A DNA stretch of 64,000 nt from a virus. Below are positions 29,853 to 40,900 of this stretch, piece by piece. A model generated the notes under the pieces. The model made no database searches, was not told where the DNA came from, and saw only the letters and a list, made by a program, of their open reading frames with translations. Each line of letters starts with the position of its first letter. Position 1 is the stretch's first letter. The position numbers and the translations under genes were made by a program. Where the stretch lies: positions 17,255 to 81,254 of the IMG/VR virus record IMGVR_UViG_3300024999_000075. One strand, given 5' to 3'.

Positions 29853-30238
29853 GCTTTTTTAACTTGCTCCATCTCAATCGTAAGCTGGCCAATCTTCTTA
29901 TATAGTGCGCCAAGCTGCTCATCACAATCACATCCTGGAGCTGGGTCTTCAGCTTTGGCGAAGATCTCGTGTAGCCTGTCTATAGCCTCCTTCTTCCAGG
30001 TACTTACTGTCACCGGGTGGATGTCATGTTCAGTTGCGATTTCAGCTATAGTGGTTGCTCCTATCAGTGCTTGGATGGCCACATCCGCCTTGAACTTCGC
30101 TGGGTATCTGGCTCGTTTTCTAGTTGTTGTCTCCATGGTTGTCTCCTCCATCTGGGGTTGTTTACTCGGCCTATAACATTCACAATGGTAAGACTTGTGA
30201 ACATTACAGTACCCACTACTATCAACTATATCAGTCAT
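29849..30238 (-). CDS. IS3-family OrfA-like HTH protein (orphan)
   Basis: RYPAKFKADVAIQAL..TIAEIATEHDIHPVTVSTWKK...LYKKIGQLTIE matches the IS3 OrfA pattern; no OrfB follows. Confidence 0.75.
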   Translation of the reverse strand: MTDIVDSSGYCNVHKSYHCECYRPSKQPQMEETTMETTTRKRARYPAKFKADVAIQALIGATTIAEIATEHDIHPVTVSTWKKEAIDRLHEIFAKAEDPAPGCDCDEQLGALYKKIGQLTIEMEQVKKA

Positions 30239-30958
30239 TCATTCTCCTCCTTCAGTCCCTCTCTAATAGTCCATGCTAAACCAAGGACGTATCTGTCACT
30301 GACAGGCTTCTTGTTTATCAGCCGGTTAAGTGTTCCTGAACACACCTCAGCCAGCCTGTTACTTTCAATAGCACAGCTGGCGAAGGCACCGTGCCATTTC
30401 ATTAGCTCTTCAAGCGGGAGGCTCCTTACAAAGTCTAATGCCTCTAGTGCTGCTGGATGTGGCTCACCTGTAAGGAGTGTGGATTTGTCTTCAGTCATGT
30501 TCATTTTCCTTCTGGTTGGCTAGGAGATGTTCCGTTTACCACATCATCTAAGATTATAGGCATGACAGCATCAGCAAATCTCTCTGCCTCCCACACTGAC
30601 TTACATCTATTCACCAGATGTGGATATGTAATACTATTAAACTCAGCTGTTTCAAAGTTTGGGTTTCTTTCTCCGTGAATTACTCCTCCGCGAAAGCCAC
30701 AAATCAAACCAAATACAATGCCCGTTAATAGTAGTGCATACTCTCTTCCAGTCATATTTCAATCACCTAATAATATGTCAACTTTTTAACAGCTTTACTA
30801 AAAGTATCAAAATCTATGGAACAGCCCATTGCACCCCAGTCAAAATCCAAATACGAGTAATCTTCATATAGGGTTTTGATCTCCAGTTGAGACATGCCAG
30901 GATGTAAACGTTTACCATACAGTCTGCGGATTTCTCTTATTGCTTGTTCAATATTCAT
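30235..30958 (-). CDS. Three small hypothetical genes (30235-30504, 30501-30755, 30767-30958)
   Basis: Tightly coupled ORFs with overlapping stop/start codons. Confidence 0.55.
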
Positions 30959-33072
30959 ATCTCCACCACCTGGTCTGCTGCCATCTCCGACTGACTCTCA
31001 TGAGTCACAATAAACTTCTGACCTCTTATAGTTTGAATTGCTGCCAGTGCTGCCGCTGTTCTCTCCTCGTCCATGTCCCCGAACGGTTCGTCAAAAATCA
31101 TAAATCCAGCAGTTGGAGCAAAAATATCTCTGACTGCTGCCCTCAGGGAGATCCCAAGGATAGATTTGGCCGAGCCTGAAAGCCGAGAAGTGGGACGGGC
31201 ATCTACAGTAAAACCTTTCTCTGACTTCTCCACTACAGAATCTTCTCCTCTCATCTCGGAGAAGGACTGTTGAGTGTAATCTAGGACTTTGTTCCAGACT
31301 TGATTTAGAACAAGTGGTTTAGCATCCCTGACAGATTTTATGATTTTACTATTCCTGTCCTCAGTCTTCAAGGACTCACCTATATTGAGAATGGTCTTCG
31401 CCACTCTGGTCAGGTTGTTTTTATTGGTCTCTATCTTAGCCTTGGCTAACACTATCTCCTTCTCCTTATTAGTCAGCTGAGTATTAAGCTCAGTTTGAGT
31501 CTGGACTAACTTAGTTAGCTCACACTCATTGTCAAAGATCTCCTTCCGCTTGACTGAGGTATCTACTTCCTGACCAGCATCGGTCAGTTCTAATTCCTTC
31601 TCAGTCAGCTCGACCCTCAGCCGCTCTAGGGCTGATGTCTTCTCCTTTATAGTAGCATCACATGAAGCCAGTTTCAAGAGCGACTGTTGATAATTATTTA
31701 TAATTTCTTTAGCCGAGGTAAGTTCTTGTTGACTGGGTTCTTGTGTTGGTTCTCCTGAGAGGCTGTAATGATGAGGAATATTATCACAGTCTGCTAAGAT
31801 GAAATCTCCGTGTTGTTTTACTTCTCCCTCTAGTTTTTGGTGGGTTGTCAAGATCTGATCCAAGGTGATCTTCTCTTCCTCATCTTGTTGTAAGGTAATC
31901 TTGTAGCTCCTGATCTTACTCTCCAGAATATCTACATCTTCAGCGATCTTCTTGTTGATTGCCTCAACCTTGTCCTTCACATCTGTACCACACTTGGTAC
32001 ATACTGTATCCACCTGGATACCTTTCTTTAGGGATTTTATCTCACCCTCAGCACTGGCAACCTCAGCCCTGACTCTCGTTATGTTCTTGTTTAAATCAGC
32101 AATAGTCTTAACCAGCGCCTCCTCAGACTCATCCCAGAAGTTTTCTGAAGGCTTGATACTGCTGACCCATTGGTGTGCTTTGAAAGCTTTTTCTCTTTCA
32201 GGGAAACCTTCTACCAGTGCCTGGGCTTCTTCTATGGTTGCTGTGTTGAAGACTGGAATCTTCTCCAACTCTTGCTGTGCTGAGGTTAATGCAGATTCTG
32301 CATATTGAATCTCTGACTTCTTGGTTGTCACAGCCTTGGCAATGTTGGTGATGCTTTGATTCACCAACTCAATTGTTTTTAGTTTTTCTTCGAGAATTTT
32401 GATGGCGTTGCGCTTTCCGGCAACTACTATTTCTTGAGCTGTGATGAGATTGATGTCCTCAAGCTTTTCTTCTTCAAGCTTCTTAACATCTGGTAATTCT
32501 TCTTGCTGGTATTGGAGCTGTTCAGCTTCAGCAGTTTCCAGCTGACCTTTGAGAGCCTTCTCATTGCCAGTTGGGTAGACTTCTTTGATCTTGTCGAGAA
32601 GTTGATCTATTTGGTTAAAACCAGCAATATCTTCAATGAATTTAGTTACTTCCGCACTACCTTTACTGATCACGCCAGCGGTGTCACCTTGAGTTGAAAC
32701 AAGTACCAGCTTTTCAGTATTTTTGTAAACTCCAAAAAGCTTATAGAAAAAATCACTGACCTCAGCTTGCCCAGAGATAGGCTTCATACCACCACCTGAT
32801 ACAGAAGCAGATGTCTTACTCCTCGTTACTGTGTAAGGTCCATATTTCACAATAACTTTCAGTGAGTTTACTGGCTCACCATCAGTAACAACGTGAGTTA
32901 TTGGGCAGTCTAACGTACTGGAGCCAAAGAAGCAGTACAAAGGACATTGAATGAGGGCGGTAGATTTACCGGCTTCGTTCAAACCCCTCGTGACTATGAG
33001 TCCGTCCACGAAGTCAAGCTTCTTATATTTGATCTTACCAAAGTTGAAAATTTCTAACGATTCTATATACAC
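30955..33072 (-). CDS. sbcC: SbcC/Rad50-like ATPase (recombination exonuclease subunit)
   Basis: GLNEAGKST Walker A, coiled coil with CTKC hook, LSGS signature, FDEPFGDMD, VTH. Confidence 0.93.
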   Translation of the reverse strand: MYIESLEIFNFGKIKYKKLDFVDGLIVTRGLNEAGKSTALIQCPLYCFFGSSTLDCPITHVVTDGEPVNSLKVIVKYGPYTVTRSKTSASVSGGGMKPISGQAEVSDFFYKLFGVYKNTEKLVLVSTQGDTAGVISKGSAEVTKFIEDIAGFNQIDQLLDKIKEVYPTGNEKALKGQLETAEAEQLQYQQEELPDVKKLEEEKLEDINLITAQEIVVAGKRNAIKILEEKLKTIELVNQSITNIAKAVTTKKSEIQYAESALTSAQQELEKIPVFNTATIEEAQALVEGFPEREKAFKAHQWVSSIKPSENFWDESEEALVKTIADLNKNITRVRAEVASAEGEIKSLKKGIQVDTVCTKCGTDVKDKVEAINKKIAEDVDILESKIRSYKITLQQDEEEKITLDQILTTHQKLEGEVKQHGDFILADCDNIPHHYSLSGEPTQEPSQQELTSAKEIINNYQQSLLKLASCDATIKEKTSALERLRVELTEKELELTDAGQEVDTSVKRKEIFDNECELTKLVQTQTELNTQLTNKEKEIVLAKAKIETNKNNLTRVAKTILNIGESLKTEDRNSKIIKSVRDAKPLVLNQVWNKVLDYTQQSFSEMRGEDSVVEKSEKGFTVDARPTSRLSGSAKSILGISLRAAVRDIFAPTAGFMIFDEPFGDMDEERTAAALAAIQTIRGQKFIVTHESQSEMAADQVVEI

Positions 33073-34043
33073 AATTTTACCTCCTCACGAAATTCTTCCA
33101 GTACATTTTCTAGGAGTAACCCCAGAATATTGAAGCCAGTAACCTCTTCCTTGTCTATCACCTCTCTTTCTTTTACTGTGACTTTGACAGCATTTGTGAT
33201 AACAAAAGCACTACTGGTCTTCCGTAGTTGCGCAATAGAGCGAACAACCGCAGGATATTCAACAACTTCGCAGTCTCCCACGACCCTAATAAAATGGTGG
33301 TCTATACTCTTAATCTCCGACCAGTGCATTTCAACGTAATCTCTTTCCACATTCCAAGTTTCTATGGACTCGAAAGTTTTGGCTTCTGAATCGTAGACCA
33401 AGCATTGCTTGGAACCAGATAAGCAGTCAGCAACTGAGGTTGGCCAATGACAACCAACTATGTGTAGCTGTTCCAAATCTCTCTTTCCGTGCTCGTGGCC
33501 CAGCACTAGCTCAATTCCTCTGGCCTTCAGCTTCTGATACTGGTCTGTACTAAGATTCAATGAATGGTCAGCATGTTCAGCAAATGAGTTTGCAAAATTG
33601 CAATGCATGAAGCAAACTACGTTGTCTGGAATCTCTTCTACGTACTTATTGAATTGCTCCTGATCAAATACATGTGGGAGGAAATACATCCCTTGAATTA
33701 ACTCTGGAACATGGAAAACCAAATATGTATGTGGTAGCAAAGCACCAACCAATTCTAGACTTGAGATCTCACCTGGCTTGTGGCTTAGACTATCATGATT
33801 ACCTCTTAAGATTATAGCGTTCTCTTGCCGTAGTGCCAGATAAGAATTGAGGATTGCCTTGTCACCAGCTGAGTATCTGGCGAAGAAGTCTCCTACAATT
33901 ATCAAGCAGTCATGAGGAACTGTCTCTATCGTGTGTCTAAGTCTATCGAAAAGGTGGTCGTCTAAAGCAATACGGGATTGGTTTGTTGTCCCTCCGACCC
34001 TTTCAGGTGCTATGTGTGTGTCACTAAGTATTAGGTATCTCAT
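33063..34043 (-). CDS. sbcD: SbcD/Mre11-like nuclease subunit
   Basis: SDTH, VGDFF, GNHD, GHEH motifs; adjacent to the SbcC-like gene. Confidence 0.88.
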   Translation of the reverse strand: MRYLILSDTHIAPERVGGTTNQSRIALDDHLFDRLRHTIETVPHDCLIIVGDFFARYSAGDKAILNSYLALRQENAIILRGNHDSLSHKPGEISSLELVGALLPHTYLVFHVPELIQGMYFLPHVFDQEQFNKYVEEIPDNVVCFMHCNFANSFAEHADHSLNLSTDQYQKLKARGIELVLGHEHGKRDLEQLHIVGCHWPTSVADCLSGSKQCLVYDSEAKTFESIETWNVERDYVEMHWSEIKSIDHHFIRVVGDCEVVEYPAVVRSIAQLRKTSSAFVITNAVKVTVKEREVIDKEEVTGFNILGLLLENVLEEFREEVKLCI

Positions 34044-34905
34044 TCATTCCTCCACTCCTGAATTTGATGTGGTAAATTGTTGTCTATTATAAATTGGTTT
34101 CTAGTCTCAAGAGCTAGTTCTTTACTATGAAATCTACCAAGATATATTAACCTCTTCTTTTTTAAGGCAGCATAACCGATATAAGAAACCCACATCCCAT
34201 CTAACTTACTATAGGATACTCCAGTATACCCAGAGGTATTACTCTTCATCCTCCCTCTGTTAATAACATTTAGAGAGTGATTGGTAAACCAACAGTTTTC
34301 AGGACAGTAGTTGCCATCATTATCCTTCCTGTCTATTTCTAGGTGGTCTTCATATCCGTTAGCCTCGGCCCAGTTATCGAATGCCTCGAAAGAAGACCTC
34401 CATTCATCACAGACAGCGATTCCTCTTCCTCCATACCTGTCGAAACGGGTGTTATTACTATCAGTACATCTCTGTATAATATTACGCCACATTGTGTATA
34501 TCCTCTCGTAACACTTATTGTGGGAGAGTTTTAGCATACCAGTGACCTCTTTACGCAAACAGCCACATGACTTAGAATCACCGGATTTTAAGCCTGACAT
34601 GTAAACTTCAACTTCGTTACCGCAGTCACATCTACACAGCCATGTAATGTGCTTTTTAATGGTCTTAGCACGGCGCAATACCACCAATCTGCCAAACCTC
34701 TGCCTGCCCAAATCTACAAACTTATTAGTGCTGGCACACCCACATGATTTTGTATGACCTCTCCGCAAACCTCCAGTTGTAGCCAAGGAAGTTTCCCACA
34801 GTCGCATTTACACAGCCACTGAACTTTCTCTCCTCTATTCTCTACTTTACTTACCACTGTCAACTTACCGAACTTTTGACCCACAAGATCTATTAACTTC
34901 ACCAC
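34040..34905 (-). pseudogene. HNH-AP2-type homing endonuclease split by a frameshift near 34795
   Basis: DLVGQKFGKLTVV...WLCKCDCG in one frame continues as LRRGHTKSCGC...IDRKDNDGNYCPENC...NTSGYTGV in the -1 frame. Confidence 0.75.
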
Positions 34906-35086
34906 CCACCTCCCGTTCCAATGCCTCTCTTATCACTACATCTAAAATTTCAACCATCCGCTTACCGCTGTAAGCCGACAACAGCCTCAAATTTAGAAGA
35001 GTGCATTTCCAAAGCTTGATTGTAGTCAAGTCTCTGTTGGTTGTAGTGTTACAACTTTTATCAGAAAAGTCCAGTGAATTCTTCAT
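34865..35086 (-). CDS. Ribbon-helix-helix-like small DNA-binding protein
   Basis: TTIKLWKCTLLNLRLLSAYSGKRMVEILDVVIREAL beta-alpha-alpha pattern. Confidence 0.55.
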   Translation of the reverse strand: MKNSLDFSDKSCNTTTNRDLTTIKLWKCTLLNLRLLSAYSGKRMVEILDVVIREALEREVGGEVNRSCGSKVR

Positions 35087-35253
35087 TCATCCTCCAGTTC
35101 AAAGATAACATATTTCTTATAACTCTCTCTATCCCAACGCTCTGGCTCACTATACTTCACCATCTGGTAGCCAGTAGCATCCCTCAAATTACCATCTTCA
35201 TCACGCTCTTTAACTTCTAGCCAAATTATTTTCCCTTTCATTTACCTTCCTCC

Positions 35254-35970
35254 TCAATAAGCTATTGATACTCTTTCAAAGACATGGAATACCAAACTAC
35301 CACCATGCAATTGTACAGTGTCAATGAATACTAACCTCCCTCCAGGCTCATTGATTTCATGTCCTGTACCAGCAATTACAATGGTCCTCCCTTCACAATC
35401 TCTGGTTGGATCTACTTTTGCCCATATCCTTATCCTACCATGTTGAACCTGTGCTGATAATATTTCAGCGGCAAACGGCATACTTACGGTTTGTACATCA
35501 GTGGCTTCTAACTCATACTTAAATATTTTCATTCACCTTCCTCCTCAATTCCTTAACCTCACATAGAAGATCAAAATACATCTCTCTGAACTCCTCCATA
35601 GTTATAATCCCTCTACCTGAACCGCACTCTTCACAGCCCATATGGACAGATCCACCTTGCTGGATTGGTATCGGTGGCTCACCTGTATTACACCAAAGGC
35701 ATGTATCAATCACTCTTCGCCCTCCCCAACTATATCTTTCCGCCAATCAATTCTACGGTCAGATAAGACACCTGCTTGCTTCTCTAGTGCTGCTAAACGT
35801 TTCTTGGCCGCCGTTGCTAGTTTGTTAACATCTGCTCTACATAATCCCATAATTCCACATATGTTTCCCAATTGTGAAAAATGGCCTTCTTCGTCAGTAA
35901 AGAGACTCAATTCATCACGGAGGAAGTCACGCAGCATTCCGCTGATTATTGTATCATGTACTCTTCCCAT
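35254..35970 (-). CDS. Three hypothetical genes (35254-35532, 35519-35746, 35710-35970)
   Basis: Coupled ORFs; 35254 has the common MKIFKYEL...GTGH...VFHVF pattern; 35519 has a CxxC pair. Confidence 0.55.
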
Positions 35971-35971
35971 T

Positions 35972-36388
35972 TTATTTCCACCCTATAATACTCAGTGCTT
36001 CTTTAATACTCCCCGCCTTCTTCCCAACCCCGTCCAACACCCAAGAGGGTTTACTCGGATCTAAGTTGTCCACATCAACCACTATCAACTCCTCACCAAG
36101 TTCCCAAAAATGGACCAGTACATAACCCCTGACACCAGAATCAGACCACCTCTTCATGTCAGGAAGTTGTGAAAACTTCTTTAATCTAAATGTCTTGCCC
36201 TTCTGACTCTTACACTCAAAATGGCTTGGTTCCTCATTTATACACAAGAAAAAATCTGAAGGCTGGGCAGGCATATAGGTGAGAGCAGCTTTACCATCAT
36301 GAAGTCGCCGCCAATGGCGACTTGTCTCAGTATTCTTCTTTAATTCGTCTTCTACGGCTTTTTCTAGGTAGTGCCCTGTATTCCTCAT
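35972..36388 (-). CDS. RecU-like Holliday junction resolvase
   Basis: GHYLE, QPSDF, FECKS, Q motifs of the PD-(D/E)XK RecU type. Confidence 0.7.
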   Translation of the reverse strand: MRNTGHYLEKAVEDELKKNTETSRHWRRLHDGKAALTYMPAQPSDFFLCINEEPSHFECKSQKGKTFRLKKFSQLPDMKRWSDSGVRGYVLVHFWELGEELIVVDVDNLDPSKPSWVLDGVGKKAGSIKEALSIIGWK

Positions 36389-36397
36389 GATCCCGCC

Positions 36398-36691
36398 TCA
36401 CCGAATATTTTGAGTTCCAATCAGCTTAGCCGGAACACCTGTCAACCGATAGAACTCCGCAGCTTTCTCCCACACGTCAGTCAACCACTTTCCACTCATA
36501 TCACTGACCAGAACATCCTCAACTTTAAAACCAACAATATTGTCTTCTATGTCAGCATCGTAGTACATGAACATTCTATCCAAGCCCATCTCTTCAATCC
36601 ACTCATACAACTCACCACTAAAATCTCTGGGCTTTTCAATCTTACTTCCGAGTTCCCCAACTATCATTCCACCATCGTAATTAATCCCCAT
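36398..36691 (-). CDS. Hypothetical protein (probable start MGINYDGG)
   Basis: ORF with GAAAGATG start coupled to the upstream gene. Confidence 0.5.
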   Translation of the reverse strand: MGINYDGGMIVGELGSKIEKPRDFSGELYEWIEEMGLDRMFMYYDADIEDNIVGFKVEDVLVSDMSGKWLTDVWEKAAEFYRLTGVPAKLIGTQNIR

Positions 36692-36953
36692 CTTTCGCCC
36701 TCCATTTCCCTTTAAGATTCTTACTGACTGTGACCACTGTATCTCCAACCAAAACACAAACAAGATCACCTGACTGGAAATATTTTGCCTCCTTCATCCT
36801 GTTATATAACAGTGAGGCAACCTTATTAACTGGCTGTACCTCTCTCCCAAAAGTCAGCATATTCAAAATCTTCTCCTTAACCACCTCCTCAGGTTTATCA
36901 GTCATTCTCCTCTGCTTAAATCTCATTATCGCATGTTTAGTCACCTCAATCAC
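36681..36953 (-). CDS. Small BECR/RelE-like fold protein (putative RNase)
   Basis: VTKHAIMRFKQR N-terminus and C-terminal VVTV strand. Confidence 0.45.
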   Translation of the reverse strand: MIEVTKHAIMRFKQRRMTDKPEEVVKEKILNMLTFGREVQPVNKVASLLYNRMKEAKYFQSGDLVCVLVGDTVVTVSKNLKGKWRAKDGD

Positions 36954-37894
36954 ACCAAAACCTCCTCATGATAAAAATCATTTATGAATTGTTGAATACA
37001 ACTCTGTCTCGCAAATACTGCTGTATGCCCTGCACCTTCAAATATTGTGAAGTCTCCAGAGGATACCTTATCCAAGATCCCTCTAGCCTGTTCTGGATGG
37101 GTTATCTCGTCATCCCCGCCAGCATACACAGCCACATGACAAGTGATGTTTTCTAGTTTGGGAATGATACCACCACCAAGATCCCAAGTCCCTTCATATA
37201 ACTCGTTCCCTATGAAATGATGTTCCATTCCTTGAAGGAACCAGCAGCCATGAAGATCCACATAAAAATTATACCAATCATCATCCCTATCCAACTTAGC
37301 TAGAGCCTTCTTATCATCCTGAAGAATATACAGGAATCGGTTGTAATGTCTAGTGTGGAAGACTGGGATTGGATTGGCTAGAGCAAAAGCCAGCCACTGC
37401 ATGAACCCTGGTTGAATCCCACCATAGAACCCTACCACCCATTTATGATAAGCAATTGAAGCCACCTTACAGTAATCCTCAATAGCATTATCCATACCAG
37501 TTTTGAGGTCTATTGGGGAGGCAAAGAGAGCCAGTCTGCTGACCGACTCAGGATACAGGGAGGTGTAGATTGCTGACAACCAACCACCCTGACAGATCCC
37601 AACTATATCAATACTCTCCTCCCCAATCATCTCCACACACTTCCTCAGTTTCTGAACCAGCCCCAAGACTGACAAGCCTCCAGTCTTGGTAGTGGCTGGC
37701 AGAAGCTCATACCAGTAGACTCTCAAACCCTCAGCAGCCAGAGAGTCAATCATTCTCTGAGCTACATTGCCATGCCTGCCAGCATGAGGCGGGACTACAA
37801 AGACTGCCTTCCCCGACCCTTGACAGGTGTGTTTGTGAAGCTTGATACAATCATCTTGATACAGTACCACATTGTTCTTGAATTCTTGTTTCAT
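36950..37894 (-). CDS. PHA depolymerase/synthase-like alpha/beta hydrolase
   Basis: PPHAGRH oxyanion region, GICQGGW lipase box (Cys nucleophile), ASPID, GGDDEIT (Asp), GHTAVF (His). Confidence 0.8.
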   Translation of the reverse strand: MKQEFKNNVVLYQDDCIKLHKHTCQGSGKAVFVVPPHAGRHGNVAQRMIDSLAAEGLRVYWYELLPATTKTGGLSVLGLVQKLRKCVEMIGEESIDIVGICQGGWLSAIYTSLYPESVSRLALFASPIDLKTGMDNAIEDYCKVASIAYHKWVVGFYGGIQPGFMQWLAFALANPIPVFHTRHYNRFLYILQDDKKALAKLDRDDDWYNFYVDLHGCWFLQGMEHHFIGNELYEGTWDLGGGIIPKLENITCHVAVYAGGDDEITHPEQARGILDKVSSGDFTIFEGAGHTAVFARQSCIQQFINDFYHEEVLV

Positions 37895-37950
37895 TGGCTA
37901 CCCCCTAGTTAAGGTTAAACATAAACCATAATAGTCTAGGAGCAGATAAA

Positions 37951-40900
37951 TTACAACTGTGCTAGCACTTGGTTGATTTTTTCTTCATCTACTGTATTGC
38001 CTATCTCTTTTAACTCACCGAAACTCCTACCAATCTTGATCACCGACTCAAACTCCAGTGGGAAGCCAGCGTAGTTAGCAATCATGATTGGATGAGCCAC
38101 CTTGAGGAACGGGATAACATCACCCCTATGGACACTAAAGTTCATCTCATCGTACACAGGAAAGAGGAAGTAGGCTCTGAATGTTTCCAGGACTCTCTGC
38201 TGCCAGATCTTAGCCATAGCTATCTTGGTCTGGGTAGCGGCTCCACCTTGGATGATGTGGTTAATAGCACCTCTTAACTCATGCTTGTCTTTCCAGGTTC
38301 CGTCCAGCCGGAGATGCCGCCTTCGTCCCATTGGCTCAACAGCATAACCTCTCTCCTCATGGAGAGCTGTCATATCGTCCTGCCACTTCCTGACCCCAGG
38401 AAAGATAAGAGTCTTAGCGTCCAGCAAGGCTTGAGCTTCTTCCTTGGTGATCATCAGATCAACTGCCAAGGTGATAGCCGTACCAAGATATAAATCCAAG
38501 AAGTTTACTGGCTTGGCTTTGGTTCTTGCATCCTTGATCTTCTTCCGTAAAGGATGGTCATCATCCTTCAGAATAGTCATGAAGGTATCATAATCAATCA
38601 ACTGATCACTCTCAGGACCATACTGAGCCTTGATACCATAGTTGTAAACCTCCACCCCTGTCATGGAATGGATGTCCTTTCTGATTTCTCCTCTGAAGCA
38701 GGACAGCATCGCTTCATCCCCGGACTGTACGGCAGTATGAACCAACTCCTGGCCGGTGAAGTCCATCGACACCCATACATGATTTTCTTCCAGCGGGACA
38801 TAAACCTCCCGTACTCTACTAATCTTTGAGACCTGGGAGAAGTTGGGCTTATTCGATGCTGGCCTACCGGATTTGGTTAACGCCTGCCCACCGTTCGGGT
38901 GAACATAACCATCAGAGTAGTGGGGCATGTTCTGATAAGGAGCGTAGAACAAACTGTCCTCTGTACGGCAGCTGGTAGCCTTGACCACATGAAGTAAGAG
39001 ATCCTTCTCAAAATTATCTCTGGCATCATAGGCAATAGCATGTTTGAAGGCATCGTCATTGGCTGATGGATTCCCTTCAGTCTTCCCCTCAGCTCTCATT
39101 TTATCAGAGAGCTTACCTCTGATCCTGATAGGATAACTCAAGGCATCATACAGCAGTTCACACTTCTGTTTCGGGGATTTGAGGTTGATCTCAGCCTTAG
39201 GACTGAAGCTATATTCAGCTAAGGTATTCATGGAGACAAGACCAGACTCTACAGCATCAGCAAACTCAACTTCACCCTCTTCTCTGATCTTCTCTACAAT
39301 CTTTTCAATCTTCCGTACTGAAGTCTTCAGCTCTCTACCGGTATAGATCAGGAAGAGTCGCTTGATCTCAGCTGGTGACAGCTCAGTAGCTGGGACGAAC
39401 TTGGCTCCTGACCAGTAGTGATGGTGAGTGATATATTCAGGGGGGAGTTTAGCCAGATCTTTGATCTGCATTATATTCTCAGGAGTTATCCGGGGAATCT
39501 CCCGTACTATCTCCTCGGTCGTGGTCCACTCCATCCCTTCTAATGCCAGTTCAATGCAGTCAATGGTTTCATCATAGATCTTCTGGTTCTCTTCCTGGAG
39601 CATCTTACATTTCTCCAAGTCAAACTTCACTCCAGTAAGGAAACTCTCAGCGTACAGAAACTGAGAAGCAAGGTCTGCTTTCTCATAAGCATTCCAACTG
39701 CCCTCATATTTGGTTAAGAGTTCAGCGTAGCGGAAAAGAGCCACGCTGCACACGGAATCATCACATCCGTAGTTCAACACCTCTTGGCCGGTCAACTCGT
39801 TCATCTGAACGTTGGCTGATTCCTCTTCAAATTTAATTACTTCGTCATCATTGTCATCACTGAATTCAAAGGCTGGTTTCTCAGTCACTTCACCAAATGT
39901 CACCTGTTTGTAACCCATCAGGATCTCACTCCAATGCTTGAGTGAGGCTGACTCGTATTCGTCACAATACCCCGCCAAGATCCTTGTATCGTAGGTGGTT
40001 GGGGGTAAGTATCCTCGGTCGAACTTAAGGATGAAGTGATTTCGTAACACAGATAATTCGTAGGAAGTATTGTGTACGATGACCGGAACCTCCTCCGGCA
40101 GCAGGTTGAGAATCTCTTCAGCCTGCTGGAGAGTTATGTTGTCCGTGTCCTTGTGAGCTACGGAGAAGTAATAGTTCTTGTGGTTATTACTGCCGGTACA
40201 AAGGGAGAAACCAGCCAGGATTGCTCCCATGATATCAATGGGTGGCTTCTTGGCGGTCTTACTCTTGTTGGCTAAGGCCCAGGCTTTACCTTCTTCGGTA
40301 ATGTAGGTTTCAATATCTAGGCCATTAAGTTTGGCTTGCCTAAATTCTATACTGAGTTTCTTCAGGAAATCTGGAGTGAGTTTGTCTTTGGTGATCAACT
40401 CCTTGGTAGACTCCCATTGTGTTAGGCTGCCATCCCCTGAGGGGTAGAGCATTCTGTATTCCAGATTATGGAATCCAGGATGATAGGGCTTAGCACATTT
40501 GTAGCTGTTGTAGACCTGCTCCTTACTGTCAAGGATCTTCTGAAATGGTTTGAAGTCTTGGGCGTGAGCCTCCAATTCGTCTAAGGTCTCTTCCTCCAGC
40601 ATAGCCTTAAGGTCGTCCAGTGACTCATCGCCATACTTTGATAAAAGATCTATGAAGCCTTGAGGCCCGACCCCGGCTGCACCTGGAATTTTATCCCCCG
40701 AGTCACCTACCAAACTCTTGTAGACAACAATATGTTCTTTCTTAATCCCGCAGAAGTGGTCCTTGTTCAACTCTCCGTCAAAAAACACATCACCATGAGC
40801 CAACATGTCTCCATCACCCGACCAGATAACACAATCAAGTGACTTCGCAAAAAATGCAATAATATCATCAGCTTCCACACCCTCCTTTTGGACACTGATG

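Noticed and set aside
29707-29931. 75-aa N-terminal extension of the ligase or an OrfA-ligase frameshift fusion
   Set aside because: The extension crosses a promoter and terminator; a strong RBS precedes ATG 29706; fusion would need a +1 shift rather than the -1 shift used by IS3.
29849-30238. Intact IS3 element
   Set aside because: No DDE transposase ORF, terminal inverted repeats or target duplication seen.
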